Shown: positions 18,573 to 31,588, numbered from the stretch's first letter. The stretch: DNA of 41,779 nt from a bacterium (GCA_050125095.1 JASFEA010000010.1:1-41779), one strand, 5' to 3'. Notes: generated by a model from the sequence alone, not told the origin. Program-made: numbers and translations.

Positions 18573-18588
18573 AGAGCGCGGATTTTTT
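18550..18588 (+). terminator. Intrinsic terminator of the pilM-to-barrel operon
   Basis: AATCCGCGCTTTATT-attac-AATAGAGCGCGGATT 15-bp stem (one G-U), then TTTT. Confidence 0.7.
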
Positions 18589-18603
18589 ATGTGGTTGTGA
18601 GAT

Positions 18604-19155
18604 ATGAAGATAATCGGCGGCAAATTCAAAGGTAGAGCCATAGAGGCTCCCCGGGGCCTACTGTCCAGGCCTCCGCTCGCCATCATCCGGGAGTCGGTCT
18701 TCAATATAATGGGCCAGGACATGGAGGGGAAGACCGTCCTCGATCTCTTTTCCGGGAGCGGTTCGCTCGGCATAGAGGCCATCAGCCGGGGCGCCTCGCG
18801 TGTCCACTTCGTGGACGCCTCGCCCAGGTCGGTTAAGATGATAAGGCGGAACGCCGAGGTCCTCGGCATAACGGGCGCCTCGGTTATAGTGAGAGACGAC
18901 GCCGCCGGGTTTGTCCAGGCCTGGAACGGCGGCGGCTTCGACATCGTCTTCATCGACCCGCCCTTTCTGTCGGGCAAGGCCGGACCGGTGCTCTCGGCGA
19001 TGCAGACTTCATCGGCCGTTTCAGGCGGGAGCACAGTGGTCCTCAGGCTGCACAGGCGCGAAGCCCTGGATATGCCCTCTGTCTTCAGAGTCTTCAAGGA
19101 GAGGCGATTCGGGGAGAATCTTATTCTCTTCATAATGAGGGAGCAGCGAGCGTGA
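18604..19155 (+). CDS. rsmD: 16S rRNA m2G966 methyltransferase RsmD
   Basis: MKIIGGKFKGR, RESVFNI, LDLFSGSGSLGIEAISRGA, FIDPPF; upstream of coaD. Confidence 0.92.
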   Translation: MKIIGGKFKGRAIEAPRGLLSRPPLAIIRESVFNIMGQDMEGKTVLDLFSGSGSLGIEAISRGASRVHFVDASPRSVKMIRRNAEVLGITGASVIVRDDAAGFVQAWNGGGFDIVFIDPPFLSGKAGPVLSAMQTSSAVSGGSTVVLRLHRREALDMPSVFRVFKERRFGENLILFIMREQRA

Positions 19156-19634
19156 GACTGGGTCTTTATGCCGGGACATTTGACCCCGTGACTAACGGTC
19201 ACATGGACATACTGCGCCGGAGCCTCACCATTTTCGAGCGGGTCGTCGTGGCAGTGGCCGAGGCCACCCCCAAGGACACACTCTTCAGCCTTGAAGAGAG
19301 GGTGGACTTCGTGCGGGAAGCCGCCGCTGAGCTGCATGCGGTTGAAGTCAAACCCTTCTCCGGTCTGCTTGTCGACTTCGCAAGAGAGAGCGGGGCGGCG
19401 GCCATAATAAGAGGGCTAAGGGCCATCTCGGACTTCGAGTACGAGTTCCAGATGGCGCTCATGAACAGGAGGCTCAACCGGGAAGTGGAGACGGTTTTCC
19501 TGATGCCCAGCGAGGAATACACCTACCTCAATTCGACCATTATAAGAGAGATCGCCTCGACGGGCGGGGATATTTCGGACTTCGTGCCCGAAGTCGTCGC
19601 GGCGGCCCTCCGCAGAAGATACGGCAAATCCTGA
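19152..19634 (+). CDS. coaD: Phosphopantetheine adenylyltransferase
   Basis: [33 protein letters not shown]. Confidence 0.96.
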   Translation: MRLGLYAGTFDPVTNGHMDILRRSLTIFERVVVAVAEATPKDTLFSLEERVDFVREAAAELHAVEVKPFSGLLVDFARESGAAAIIRGLRAISDFEYEFQMALMNRRLNREVETVFLMPSEEYTYLNSTIIREIASTGGDISDFVPEVVAAALRRRYGKS

Positions 19635-19666
19635 ACCGGCAGTCTCTTAAAGAAGAGGAGCGGGAA

Positions 19667-20671
19667 TTGGAAGTAATGGCAGCTATCTGGGATAAGGCCA
19701 GGGAGTATGGCGCGCGCATCGCGCTTCCCGAAGGGGAGGATGAGCGCGTTGTCAGGGCGGCCCGGCAGGCCGGCGATGAGGGGATCGCCAGCCCGGTGCT
19801 CGTCGGCAACCGCGCGGCGATTGAGGCCTGCGCGCGGTCAGCCGGTGTGGACCTCGGCGGCATAGAGATACATGTCCCGGCTGAATCGGGACGCACGGCG
19901 GATTACGCGGACTACCTCTTTGAGAGGAGGAAGGCGAAGGGCATGAAAAGCGAGCAGGCAGCGAAGCTCGCCCTTGATCCCCTCAACTTCGCGGCGCTCA
20001 TGGTCGCCGTAGGCGACGCCGACGGCCTGGTCGCCGGCGCGGCTACTACGACGGCTGATGTACTCAAGTCCATCATCTACTGCGTGGGCACGGCACCCGG
20101 CGTCAAGTCCATATCGAGTGCTTTTCTCATGCTGGTCCCGGGCGACGAAGCGTCGGGAAGACCCGAGAGGGTGCTTATATTCGCTGACGCCAGCGTGCTG
20201 CCCGATCCGACCGCCGAGGAGCTGGCCGGTGTGGCCGTGGCCTCCGCGAGGACCAGGAGATCGCTCGTGGGAGACGAGCCCCTCGTAGCCATGCTGTCAT
20301 TCTCGACCAAGGGAAGCGCGTCGCACGCGCGCGTCGCCAAAGTCCAGGAGGCGACGCGTCTCGTCCGGCAGACCGAGCCCGGACTCAAGGTGGACGGCGA
20401 GATGCAGGCGGACGCCGCAATCATTCCCGCTATAGGCGAGCGCAAGGCCCCGGGGAGCGAGGTTGCCGGCCGCGCCAATGTTCTCGTGTTTCCGAACCTG
20501 GACGCCGGCAACATAGGATACAAGCTGGTCGAGCGCCTCGCGGGAGCCAGGGCTTACGGGCCTCTTCTCCAGGGCATCAGGAAGCCGGCCAGCGACCTCT
20601 CAAGGGGATGCAGTGTTGACGATATCGTTAACGTCATGGCCATGACTGCCGTTCAGAAGAGCCCGGCCTGA
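19667..20671 (+). CDS. pta: Phosphate acetyltransferase
   Basis: [57 protein letters not shown]. Confidence 0.93.
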   Translation: MEVMAAIWDKAREYGARIALPEGEDERVVRAARQAGDEGIASPVLVGNRAAIEACARSAGVDLGGIEIHVPAESGRTADYADYLFERRKAKGMKSEQAAKLALDPLNFAALMVAVGDADGLVAGAATTTADVLKSIIYCVGTAPGVKSISSAFLMLVPGDEASGRPERVLIFADASVLPDPTAEELAGVAVASARTRRSLVGDEPLVAMLSFSTKGSASHARVAKVQEATRLVRQTEPGLKVDGEMQADAAIIPAIGERKAPGSEVAGRANVLVFPNLDAGNIGYKLVERLAGARAYGPLLQGIRKPASDLSRGCSVDDIVNVMAMTAVQKSPA

Positions 20672-20679
20672 CAGAGCGA

Positions 20680-24177
<3,498 letters not shown>

Positions 24178-24182
24178 GCGGA

Positions 24183-25301
24183 ATGGCGGAAGTGGCCCTT
24201 GCGCGTTGCCCATCTTACGGCCCGGGCGATGTTGCGCTCGCGCTGGAGGAAGTGATCTCCGGGGCGCTCGGCAGCGAATGCGAGCCGGTAGAAGGCAAGA
24301 AGGTTCTCCTGAAGCCCAACCTCCTGGCAGCCCGCGAGCCCGCGCGCGCGGTGACCACTCATCCCGTGGTAGTGGGGGCGGCCGTCGACTATTTCAAGTC
24401 AAGGGGCGCGGTGGTATGCCTGGGAGACAGCCCGGGAGGCGCCGTCCGCGGCGTGGAACGAGTATGGGAGAATACGGGTATGGCCGGGGTCGCCCGTTCG
24501 AGAGGAGTGAGGCTGGTCAATTTCGAGGCGGGTGGTTGGGTGGAGAAGCCGGTCGACGGAAGGCGGTACGCGATCGCAGGGGCGCTCGAGGAGTTCGACC
24601 TCATGGTGAACATAGCCAAGTTCAAGACGCATGTTTTAACGCTGCTCACGGGCGCGGTGAAGAATACATTCGGATGCGTACCCGGCTTCCATAAGTCCGC
24701 GCTTCACCTCAAGCATCCTCGGCCCGGCGCCATGAGCAGGGCCATTGTGGACGTGTTCTCACTCGTAAGACCGTGGCTCAATATCATGGATGCGGTCGAG
24801 TCGATGGACCGGAACGGGCCTTCGTCGGGACGCGTCATTGCGACCGGCCTGCTTGGGGCCTCCCGTGACGCCGTGGCCCTGGACGCCGTGTTCGCCGAGC
24901 TCGCCGGCGTCCCGCCGGCCAGAGTCCCGATAATCTCCGAGGCCGGTAAGCGCCGCCTGGGGGAAGCAGACCTCGAGCGCATAGAAATCCGCGGGGGCTC
25001 ACTGATGGATTTCATTATGCGGGATTTTGAGGTGCCGTCGAACTGGGCTTTCAAGTTCATCCCGGGCGTCCTGACAGGCGCGCTGGCCAGATTCCTCTGG
25101 GTGCGCCCAGCCATTCTCGGCGGCCTGTGCACGGGCTGCCGAATCTGCGCCGACATGTGCCCGGCCGGCGCCATATCATTCGAAGACGGTCCGGGGCGTG
25201 TGGATCCGGTGCGCTGCAGGTCCTGCCTCTGCTGCCATGAGGCCTGTCCTGAAGGTGCGGTGGAGGTAAAGATGAGCCGCCTCGCCAGGCTGATCTCGTA
25301 G
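24183..25301 (+). CDS. DUF362 protein with C-terminal 2x[4Fe-4S] ferredoxin domain
   Basis: VLLKPNLL, VTTHP, KFKTH..LTGAVKNTFG, GPSSG, DAVALD; CTGCRICADMCP and CRSCLCCHEACP. Confidence 0.88.
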   Translation: MAEVALARCPSYGPGDVALALEEVISGALGSECEPVEGKKVLLKPNLLAAREPARAVTTHPVVVGAAVDYFKSRGAVVCLGDSPGGAVRGVERVWENTGMAGVARSRGVRLVNFEAGGWVEKPVDGRRYAIAGALEEFDLMVNIAKFKTHVLTLLTGAVKNTFGCVPGFHKSALHLKHPRPGAMSRAIVDVFSLVRPWLNIMDAVESMDRNGPSSGRVIATGLLGASRDAVALDAVFAELAGVPPARVPIISEAGKRRLGEADLERIEIRGGSLMDFIMRDFEVPSNWAFKFIPGVLTGALARFLWVRPAILGGLCTGCRICADMCPAGAISFEDGPGRVDPVRCRSCLCCHEACPEGAVEVKMSRLARLIS

Positions 25302-25310
25302 ATCGCGCAT

Positions 25311-26210
25311 ATGAAGAAGATAACGCTTGAAGACAGAATCGAATACGCGGCGCTGATGCCGCTTGTCTTTGTTCTCCGCCTGCTCCCGGCCGCTCTTGCT
25401 CTGAGGCTGGCGGGCCTGATGGGGAGGCTGGCCTTCGATGTCATCGGCTTCAGGCGCAAGGTCGCGCTCGAGAACATCAAGGCGAGGCTCTACCCGGTCG
25501 GCGCGCCTGCCGGACATGCCGGCCCTGCCCGCATCGGCAGCGACTGCTATGCGGAATTCGCCATGTCCATGGCCGAGTTCGCCCGGTTGCCGGTGGTGAC
25601 ATCCGATTACGTCGAGAGCAAAATCGAGGTCGAGGGGACGGAGCATCTCGACCGGGCGCTTCGCGACGGCCGCGGCGCGGTCCTGGTTACCGGGCATTAC
25701 GGCAGCTGGGAACTCATGGGCTGCGTTCTTGTCCGGATGGGCTATCCCATCACTTTTGCAGTCGGCGTGCAGAGGAATCCTCTCGTGCAGGACCTGATGA
25801 ACGACATCAGGCGCGGGGCGGGCATCGACCTGGTCAGGGCGACCTCCGTGCTCTCGCTGGCGAGGACGGTGAAGTCAAACAAATTCGTCGCCATGCTCTC
25901 CGATCAGGACGCGGGCAGGGAAGGCGTATTCGTCGACTTCATGGGAGCGCCGGCTTCAACGCCGCAGGGACCGGCCAGGCTGGCGCTCTTGACGGGCGCG
26001 CCTTTGATAACGGGATTCATCACCAGGCTGGACACGACGCGCCACCTCATAGAACTCGAACCCCCGGTAGAATACGATGCGTCATTGCCGCGCGAGGAGG
26101 CGGTGCTCCGCATCACGCAGGGCTATACCGCCGTAATCGAGTCCTATGTGAAAAAGCGCCCTGACCACTGGCTCTGGGGTCACAGGCGCTGGAAGACAGG
26201 ACCTCTCTAG
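25311..26210 (+). CDS. Lipid A late acyltransferase family (LpxL/HtrB-like)
   Basis: GRGAVLVTGHYGSWE, LSDQD, VDFMG, PDHWLWGHRRWK. Confidence 0.88.
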   Translation: MKKITLEDRIEYAALMPLVFVLRLLPAALALRLAGLMGRLAFDVIGFRRKVALENIKARLYPVGAPAGHAGPARIGSDCYAEFAMSMAEFARLPVVTSDYVESKIEVEGTEHLDRALRDGRGAVLVTGHYGSWELMGCVLVRMGYPITFAVGVQRNPLVQDLMNDIRRGAGIDLVRATSVLSLARTVKSNKFVAMLSDQDAGREGVFVDFMGAPASTPQGPARLALLTGAPLITGFITRLDTTRHLIELEPPVEYDASLPREEAVLRITQGYTAVIESYVKKRPDHWLWGHRRWKTGPL

Positions 26211-26497
26211 AAGCCTATTCCCTTGCCCTCGCCCGGCTGGGCGGAGATCAGCCTTATCTCGCCGAACTTCTCTTCGTATACCTTGACGTTCTTCTCGAGA
26301 GTCTCGAGCAGCCTCTTCACGTGCTGAGGCGTCATAACGATCCTCGAATACACCTTGGTCTTGGGGAGGCCCGGGAGGATGCGCCCGAAGTCTATGACGA
26401 ACTCCGAGGGGCCGTATGTGATCATGGCCCAGTTGGAGTAGATGCCCTCGGCTTCCGGCTCCTTGAGCTCCACTTTCAACTGCTGACGCTTCTCCAT
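26207..26497 (-). CDS. DUF3467 family protein
   Basis: AEGIYSN..I...PSEFVIDF..LPG..KV.SRIVMTPQHVKRLL..L..N...YE..FGEI; GGAGGAG RBS favours ATG 26497 over 26539. Confidence 0.85.
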   Translation of the reverse strand: MEKRQQLKVELKEPEAEGIYSNWAMITYGPSEFVIDFGRILPGLPKTKVYSRIVMTPQHVKRLLETLEKNVKVYEEKFGEIRLISAQPGEGKGIGF

Positions 26498-26535
26498 TGG
26501 GTTGTCTCCTCCGTGCATGCCATTGCTCATCGTCT

Positions 26536-28278
26536 TCATCTCCTCAGCGCCAGTACTCCTGACGCTGTTTCGCCTGTTGACTCGACCACGTACATGTAAA
26601 GGCCGCCCTCCACGTTTTTCCCTCTTTCATCGGTGCCATCCCAGAGGGCCGTTCCATTATCCAGGGTTTCGCCGCTGCCTTCAAGCCTTCTTACCAGATT
26701 GCCCTCCACATCGAAGATGTCCACCGAGAAATTCCAGGGCATTGCAGGCCCGGGCTGCCGCACGAACACTATGCGGACGCTCGAGTCGTCCCCCGGGGTG
26801 AAAGGATTGGGAAAGGCGTAGGCTACGCCGCGCTTGGGAAGCCCCAGCCTTATGTCCATCCTGTAGGTGAAGGTGGAGTTCTTTCTGATCGACTCTATGG
26901 CGACGCCGGAGAATCTTCCGCCTGCCAGGCTGCTGGCCGGTTCGCTGTAAGGTGTGAACTCGGTCTTATACAGCGTCCCCGGCCATAAATCGGATTCTGA
27001 TGCCGAAGTGCTGCCGTCGCCGTCGGCCTGTATGACTTCCGCAAGCCGCATGTCGGGGTTGTTGTTGTCCGGCTGCGACTCGTCCACTTTCCAGATGAGA
27101 AGGCCGTTGCCGTCAAGGTAGTCGTCGAAGAACCCCAGACTGCTGTACCTGTTCTCAATCAGGAAATACTCGCCATCGCCGGGTGCCTTCTCCGTCCAGT
27201 CCATGCCCCCCGGGTTTCTCAGGATCTCGTATGCCGAGCCGGTTCTCCACGTCTCGCTGGGCTGGACTATGGCGGGTACCAGGCTGTCGATGCCGCAGGA
27301 AAGGCATACGCTCGTGGGTTCCAGCCACCCCAGGAAATACTTCATAGGCGCCGACAGATGTGAAGGCACACGTCCGCCGGCGTGCTGGGGGCCGCCCCAG
27401 GCGCCCATGTCCATAAGGCAGTAATCTCCGACAACGGGGTCTCCGGTTTCGCTGTTATAGAGGTCGGGCAGCCCCAGAAGATGGCATACTTCATGTGCGA
27501 ACACGCCGATCTCGCCGAGCTCAGGCGCTATGACGAAGGGCCCGATGCCCACGCCGTCAGCGGTCGTTCCGCTCGTCGGCCCGTAGGCCTCCAGGTCGGA
27601 CTTGAGTGACCAGATGTCGTTGCAGCTGCCGTTGAAGTGCTCGGCCCCGAGCCCGGGATGGACAACCACCAGGAAGTCTACATAGCCGTCGTCGTCACCC
27701 GAGTTCGGAGTGCCATCAGGACCGTCATTGTCGTACAGGGCGAAGTTGACATCGCCGTCAGCCAGATGAACGGCTTCGGCCACTATGCCCCAGACGTTCA
27801 AGGGGAAGTCCGACCTGGACGGGTCGACCGCCGACGGCGATATGTCGAGACCGTAGTCGTTCTTCTCTCCACAGATGTCGGTGGGGTTGACTATGTCATC
27901 GTAAAGGGCCCCGCTCCTGTACCACCCTCTCACATCCCCCTTGAGGTCGAAGATACCGTAGGAGACCTCGAGGAAATAGGAACGCATGCTGGCCTCGCCC
28001 GCACCGAAGAGCAGGTCCTGGAAATGCTGCTTGTCCGTGTCATCCCACCAGGGGTCGTTGTCTTCGAAGTCTATGAGGAGGACTATGGCCCTCGGCGCCG
28101 GGGACGCCGCGAGGCGGGTGGTGGGCGCCGGCGAATCGACCATGTCGGGCCGGCTCTGGTAATACTGCTCGACGGCTCGACCGCCCAGTATGCCCGTGCG
28201 GGGCTGCGGCGGAACGGCGCCTGCTCCTGCTGCGAGAAGCAGGATGGCCAGGGTCACTATATATGTATAGGTCTTCAT
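26536..28278 (-). CDS. Secreted M6 (immune inhibitor A-like) metalloprotease with FlgD-Ig/T9SS-like C-terminal domain
   Basis: Signal peptide; SMRSYFLEVSYG, YDNDGPDG..DGYVD, HEVCHLLGLPDLY, CLMD.G.W, EYFLIENR, GLLIWKVDE; tail FPNPF..IFDVEGNLVRRL..WDGTDERG..GGLY. Confidence 0.88.
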   Translation of the reverse strand: MKTYTYIVTLAILLLAAGAGAVPPQPRTGILGGRAVEQYYQSRPDMVDSPAPTTRLAASPAPRAIVLLIDFEDNDPWWDDTDKQHFQDLLFGAGEASMRSYFLEVSYGIFDLKGDVRGWYRSGALYDDIVNPTDICGEKNDYGLDISPSAVDPSRSDFPLNVWGIVAEAVHLADGDVNFALYDNDGPDGTPNSGDDDGYVDFLVVVHPGLGAEHFNGSCNDIWSLKSDLEAYGPTSGTTADGVGIGPFVIAPELGEIGVFAHEVCHLLGLPDLYNSETGDPVVGDYCLMDMGAWGGPQHAGGRVPSHLSAPMKYFLGWLEPTSVCLSCGIDSLVPAIVQPSETWRTGSAYEILRNPGGMDWTEKAPGDGEYFLIENRYSSLGFFDDYLDGNGLLIWKVDESQPDNNNPDMRLAEVIQADGDGSTSASESDLWPGTLYKTEFTPYSEPASSLAGGRFSGVAIESIRKNSTFTYRMDIRLGLPKRGVAYAFPNPFTPGDDSSVRIVFVRQPGPAMPWNFSVDIFDVEGNLVRRLEGSGETLDNGTALWDGTDERGKNVEGGLYMYVVESTGETASGVLALRR

Positions 28279-28381
28279 GCCGTCACATCACCTGCACGGG
28301 GGCCGGAACGCCCCCTGACCTTCCCTTTTCAACCGGCCGGGGCGGCGGGCCCGGCCCCGGGCGAAAGCCGCTTCCAACCAA

Positions 28382-28410
28382 ACTCTAAGTCCCTATGCTG
28401 TGAGTGTCAA
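28382..28410 (-). promoter_or_regulatory. Sigma70-type promoter for the M6 protease operon
   Basis: Minus strand TTGACA-N17-TAGAGT. Confidence 0.6.
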
Positions 28411-28433
28411 GACGGCGGGAAGGGGCAAAATAC

Positions 28434-28463
28434 TTGACTGGCGTTCATTTACCGTGATACCTT
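28434..28463 (+). promoter_or_regulatory. Sigma70-type promoter for hldA/hldC (divergent from the M6 promoter)
   Basis: TTGACT-N18-TACCTT with TG extended -10. Confidence 0.5.
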
Positions 28464-28530
28464 GCTCACGGTTTACTTCGTAAAGGGCCTCTATCGGCCC
28501 CCGGAGGGGCCAGCGGAGGTGAGGAGAAAA

Positions 28531-29532
28531 ATGAGTGACATCCCCATCGGCCGGCTCAGCGAGATTCTGGACCGGATCCGGGCAGTAAAGGTAATGGTCA
28601 TAGGAGACGTGATGCTGGATAAGTACGTCTGGGGGTCGGTCTCCAGGATATCTCCGGAGGCGCCGGTTCCGGTGGTCGATATAAAGGAAGAGACGACGAG
28701 GCTGGGCGGGGCCGCCAACGTCGCCAATAACATAGTCGCCCTGGGAGCGTCCTGCAGCGTGTTTGGAGTGACCGGCGACGATACTGACGGAGCCGGCCTC
28801 AGGCATGAGGTCGAATCAAGGGGCATCGACGCATCCGGCATGGCCGCTCTTGACACGAGGCCCACCACCATCAAGACCCGGGTCATCGCGCATAACCAGC
28901 AGGTCGTAAGGACCGACCGGGAGTCGCGCGAGGAGCTTGCCGGGGATGAAGAGAAGTCGATGATCGACAGCATCATCGGAAGGCTCGGCGAGTTTCAGGG
29001 CGCCATAATATCCGATTATGGCAAGGGAGTCATCACCAGGTCGCTGCTCGACGCTCTTATTCCGGACGCGAGATCGCGCGACATCGTGCTGTCGGTGGAT
29101 CCCAAGGAAACGCATTTCCTCAATTACAGGAACGTGTCCCTCATCACGCCCAACGTGTATGAGGCGGGGTCCGCGCTGGGCAAGAGGATATTCGATGAGG
29201 GCAGCCTCCTCGAAGTTGGCTGGGAGCTCCTCGATACGCTCAAGCCCGACGCGCTGCTGATAACCAGGGGTGAAAACGGCATGTCGCTGTTTGAGGCCGG
29301 GCGCAGCCATACGCATTTCCCCACGGTATCGAGGCAGGTTTACGACGTCACGGGCGCGGGGGACACGGTGATCACCTCCTTCACGCTGGCGCTATGCGCG
29401 GGCGCGAGCATGTCGGAAGCCGCGCATATAGCCAATCACTCGGCGGGCATAGTCATCCGCGATGTCGGGACGGGAACGGTTGAGCCGGCCGAGCTCATCG
29501 CCTCTTTCGAAACCCACTCCAGCGACACCTGA
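28531..29532 (+). CDS. rfaE1: D-glycero-beta-D-manno-heptose-7-phosphate kinase (RfaE domain I / HldA)
   Basis: VIGDVMLDKY, RISPEAPVPV, GGAANVA, SDYGKG, VDPK, TPN, DVTGAGDTV; GAGGAG RBS before ATG 28531. Confidence 0.93.
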   Translation: MSDIPIGRLSEILDRIRAVKVMVIGDVMLDKYVWGSVSRISPEAPVPVVDIKEETTRLGGAANVANNIVALGASCSVFGVTGDDTDGAGLRHEVESRGIDASGMAALDTRPTTIKTRVIAHNQQVVRTDRESREELAGDEEKSMIDSIIGRLGEFQGAIISDYGKGVITRSLLDALIPDARSRDIVLSVDPKETHFLNYRNVSLITPNVYEAGSALGKRIFDEGSLLEVGWELLDTLKPDALLITRGENGMSLFEAGRSHTHFPTVSRQVYDVTGAGDTVITSFTLALCAGASMSEAAHIANHSAGIVIRDVGTGTVEPAELIASFETHSSDT

Positions 29533-29541
29533 GGAACGTTT

Positions 29542-30048
29542 ATGGGCAAGGTCCTGAACCTCGAAGACCTCCGGGCCGAGAGAGAAGACTTACGCAGACG
29601 CGGTAAGACCTTTGTCTTCACCAATGGCTGCTTCGATATTATCCACAGAGGCCATGTAGAGATCCTCAAAAGCGCCCGCGGCCTGGGCGACGTGCTCGCG
29701 GTCGGCGTCAACAGCGACGATTCCATGCGGCGCCTCAAAGGCCCCCGGCGCCCGATCGTGTCGGAGGATGACCGCGCGGCCGTCGTCGCCGCCCTCGCAT
29801 GTGTTGATTTTGTAACGATTTTTGAGGATGATACACCTGAGAGGATAATAAAGGCCCTGGTTCCGGATGTGCTGGTCAAGGGCTCCGACTACGAACTTCC
29901 GGAGATCGTCGGAAGGGAGACAGTCGAGTCGGCCGGAGGGAAGGTGGCCAGACTGGAACTCTTTGGCGACTACTCCACCGAGAGCATGTTGAGGCGCATA
30001 GCGGAGATTTACGGGGAGGGCGGGGTAGAGGGAAGCAGTCAAGGGTGA
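29542..30048 (+). CDS. rfaE2: Heptose-1-phosphate adenylyltransferase (RfaE domain II / HldC)
   Basis: FTNGCFDIIHRGH, GVNSDDS..RLKG..RP, PDVLVKGSDY, ST. Confidence 0.93.
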   Translation: MGKVLNLEDLRAEREDLRRRGKTFVFTNGCFDIIHRGHVEILKSARGLGDVLAVGVNSDDSMRRLKGPRRPIVSEDDRAAVVAALACVDFVTIFEDDTPERIIKALVPDVLVKGSDYELPEIVGRETVESAGGKVARLELFGDYSTESMLRRIAEIYGEGGVEGSSQG

Positions 30049-30052
30049 GGTT

Positions 30053-31546
30053 TTGGGCGACAAGCGCATTCGTTTCGAAAGACGTGTCGGCAGAATCGGC
30101 TTCATGGGGAAAGGCGGGAGGATACCGGCGCGCCAGACCGGGTCGGACGCTCCGCATGCAATCCGGCTTCGCATAGGCGACCGGCAAGTCTCGACTTCCA
30201 CCGAGGACATCGAAGCCGCCCGGCACGAATTGACCCCTATGCCTGACAACCTGGTCAGGGTATTCAGCAGGAAGCCCGAGGCGGTGGTGCGTCCGGAGAC
30301 GGCTCAGGAAGCAGCCGACGCTCTCGGAATATGCTTCGAGGAGCGGACGCGCGTGGTCCCCCGGGGAGCGGCGACGTCGGGCCTGGGAGGCGCGGTTCCG
30401 GTGAGGGGGGGCGTCGTAATCGACCTTAAGGGTCTTAACCGCGTGACCGACATCGACGTGGCCCGGGGCACGGCGACTGTGGAAGCGGGGGCAAGGTGGA
30501 ATGACGTAATGGAGGCTCTCGCGCGGGAAGGATACGCGCCGCCATCCTATCCGACGAGCGCGTCCGCCAGCACGGTGGGAGGCTATATAAGCTCGGGTGG
30601 TTATGGAGCGGGGACGCTCAAGAACGGCAATTTCCGCAGGCACGTGGTCTCGCTTGAGGTGGGGCTGCCGTCGGGTTTTCTCGTTAAGGCCACGGGACAG
30701 GAAGGCAGGTACTCGATTCCCAGTTTCGCGGGGACGGAGGGGCAGGTGGGTATTGTGACCGCTGCGACCATATCCATAATAGGCCTCCCGGAGAAGAGGG
30801 AGACCTTCCGGGTCGCCCCGGGGGACCTCGCGAAGGGCATGGACCTCTTTGAAGACATACGCAGCCTTGACAGCCCGCCTCATTCGGTTGACCTCCTGAG
30901 CGCCGGAGCCGCGAGGCTGTATGGGCGGGGATGGGAAGGGCCGGTTCTCATGGTGACCGGCGAAGGCCCCGCCGCGGAGGTCGACGGCCTGGCCCGGAGC
31001 ATTAAAGGCCTCCTGGCCGGGCGCGGTATGGACATTGAAACCGCAGGGGATGCGAGGGAAGCCTGGGCCGCGAGGCTCTCCAACATCCTCGATGGCATTG
31101 ACGAGAGCCCGTTCATGAGCGGCGGCCTCCTCTTCAGCGACGACGGCATGAGGCGCTTCGTCCTTTACCTTATTGAGAAGAATGAGAACGACCCGGACCT
31201 GCTGTTTGAATGCCGTGCGGTTGACCGCGGCAGGAATCTCGTCACCCTGGGCTACAGGTCGAAACGGCAAAGTCTGGACCCGCTGAAGGCGTTTGCGCGC
31301 GTCCGGGGGTTTACAGCCGCCGGTGTGGGTATGGGTGGAGTTCCCTATGGCGTAGGCCTCTGGAATTCACCATATATAGATGTAATACTGGGGAAACGTA
31401 AAAAGGAACTCCGGAGGGTCAAGAGCGAAGTCGACAGGCTCCGCATTATGAACCCGGGGAAGTTTTTCTCAATGACCACGCGTTCCGGCCTTCGAGTCCC
31501 CGGCTGGGCCATGAGGGCGTATTTCGGCTTTGCCGGCCGGTCATGA
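30053..31546 (+). CDS. FAD-binding oxidoreductase (FAD_binding_4 plus divergent oxidase C-domain); start uncertain
   Basis: PEAVVRP, PRGAATSGLGG, YPTS, TVGGYISSGGYG, GTEGQVG, K..VD...IMNPGK. Confidence 0.82.
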   Translation: MGDKRIRFERRVGRIGFMGKGGRIPARQTGSDAPHAIRLRIGDRQVSTSTEDIEAARHELTPMPDNLVRVFSRKPEAVVRPETAQEAADALGICFEERTRVVPRGAATSGLGGAVPVRGGVVIDLKGLNRVTDIDVARGTATVEAGARWNDVMEALAREGYAPPSYPTSASASTVGGYISSGGYGAGTLKNGNFRRHVVSLEVGLPSGFLVKATGQEGRYSIPSFAGTEGQVGIVTAATISIIGLPEKRETFRVAPGDLAKGMDLFEDIRSLDSPPHSVDLLSAGAARLYGRGWEGPVLMVTGEGPAAEVDGLARSIKGLLAGRGMDIETAGDAREAWAARLSNILDGIDESPFMSGGLLFSDDGMRRFVLYLIEKNENDPDLLFECRAVDRGRNLVTLGYRSKRQSLDPLKAFARVRGFTAAGVGMGGVPYGVGLWNSPYIDVILGKRKKELRRVKSEVDRLRIMNPGKFFSMTTRSGLRVPGWAMRAYFGFAGRS

Positions 31547-31560
31547 GATCAGGGCCCCTA

Positions 31561-31588
31561 TTGACTAATTATGTCCTGATGTTAAAGT
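31561..31588 (+). promoter_or_regulatory. Sigma70-type promoter for the arcE-like/sucCD operon
   Basis: TTGACT-N16-TAAAGT with TG extended -10; AGGAGG RBS downstream. Confidence 0.5.

Noticed and set aside
28295-28372. GC-rich inverted segments in the M6 leader as an ncRNA
   Set aside because: Pairings are expected by chance at this GC content and no recognisable motif is present
29876-31270. Long antisense ORFs (also 18276-19337, 31604-32749, 33207-34193, 39127-40056, 41056-41730)
   Set aside because: Typical stop-poor shadows of real genes in GC-rich DNA; 41056-41730 is antisense to rpmF and plsX
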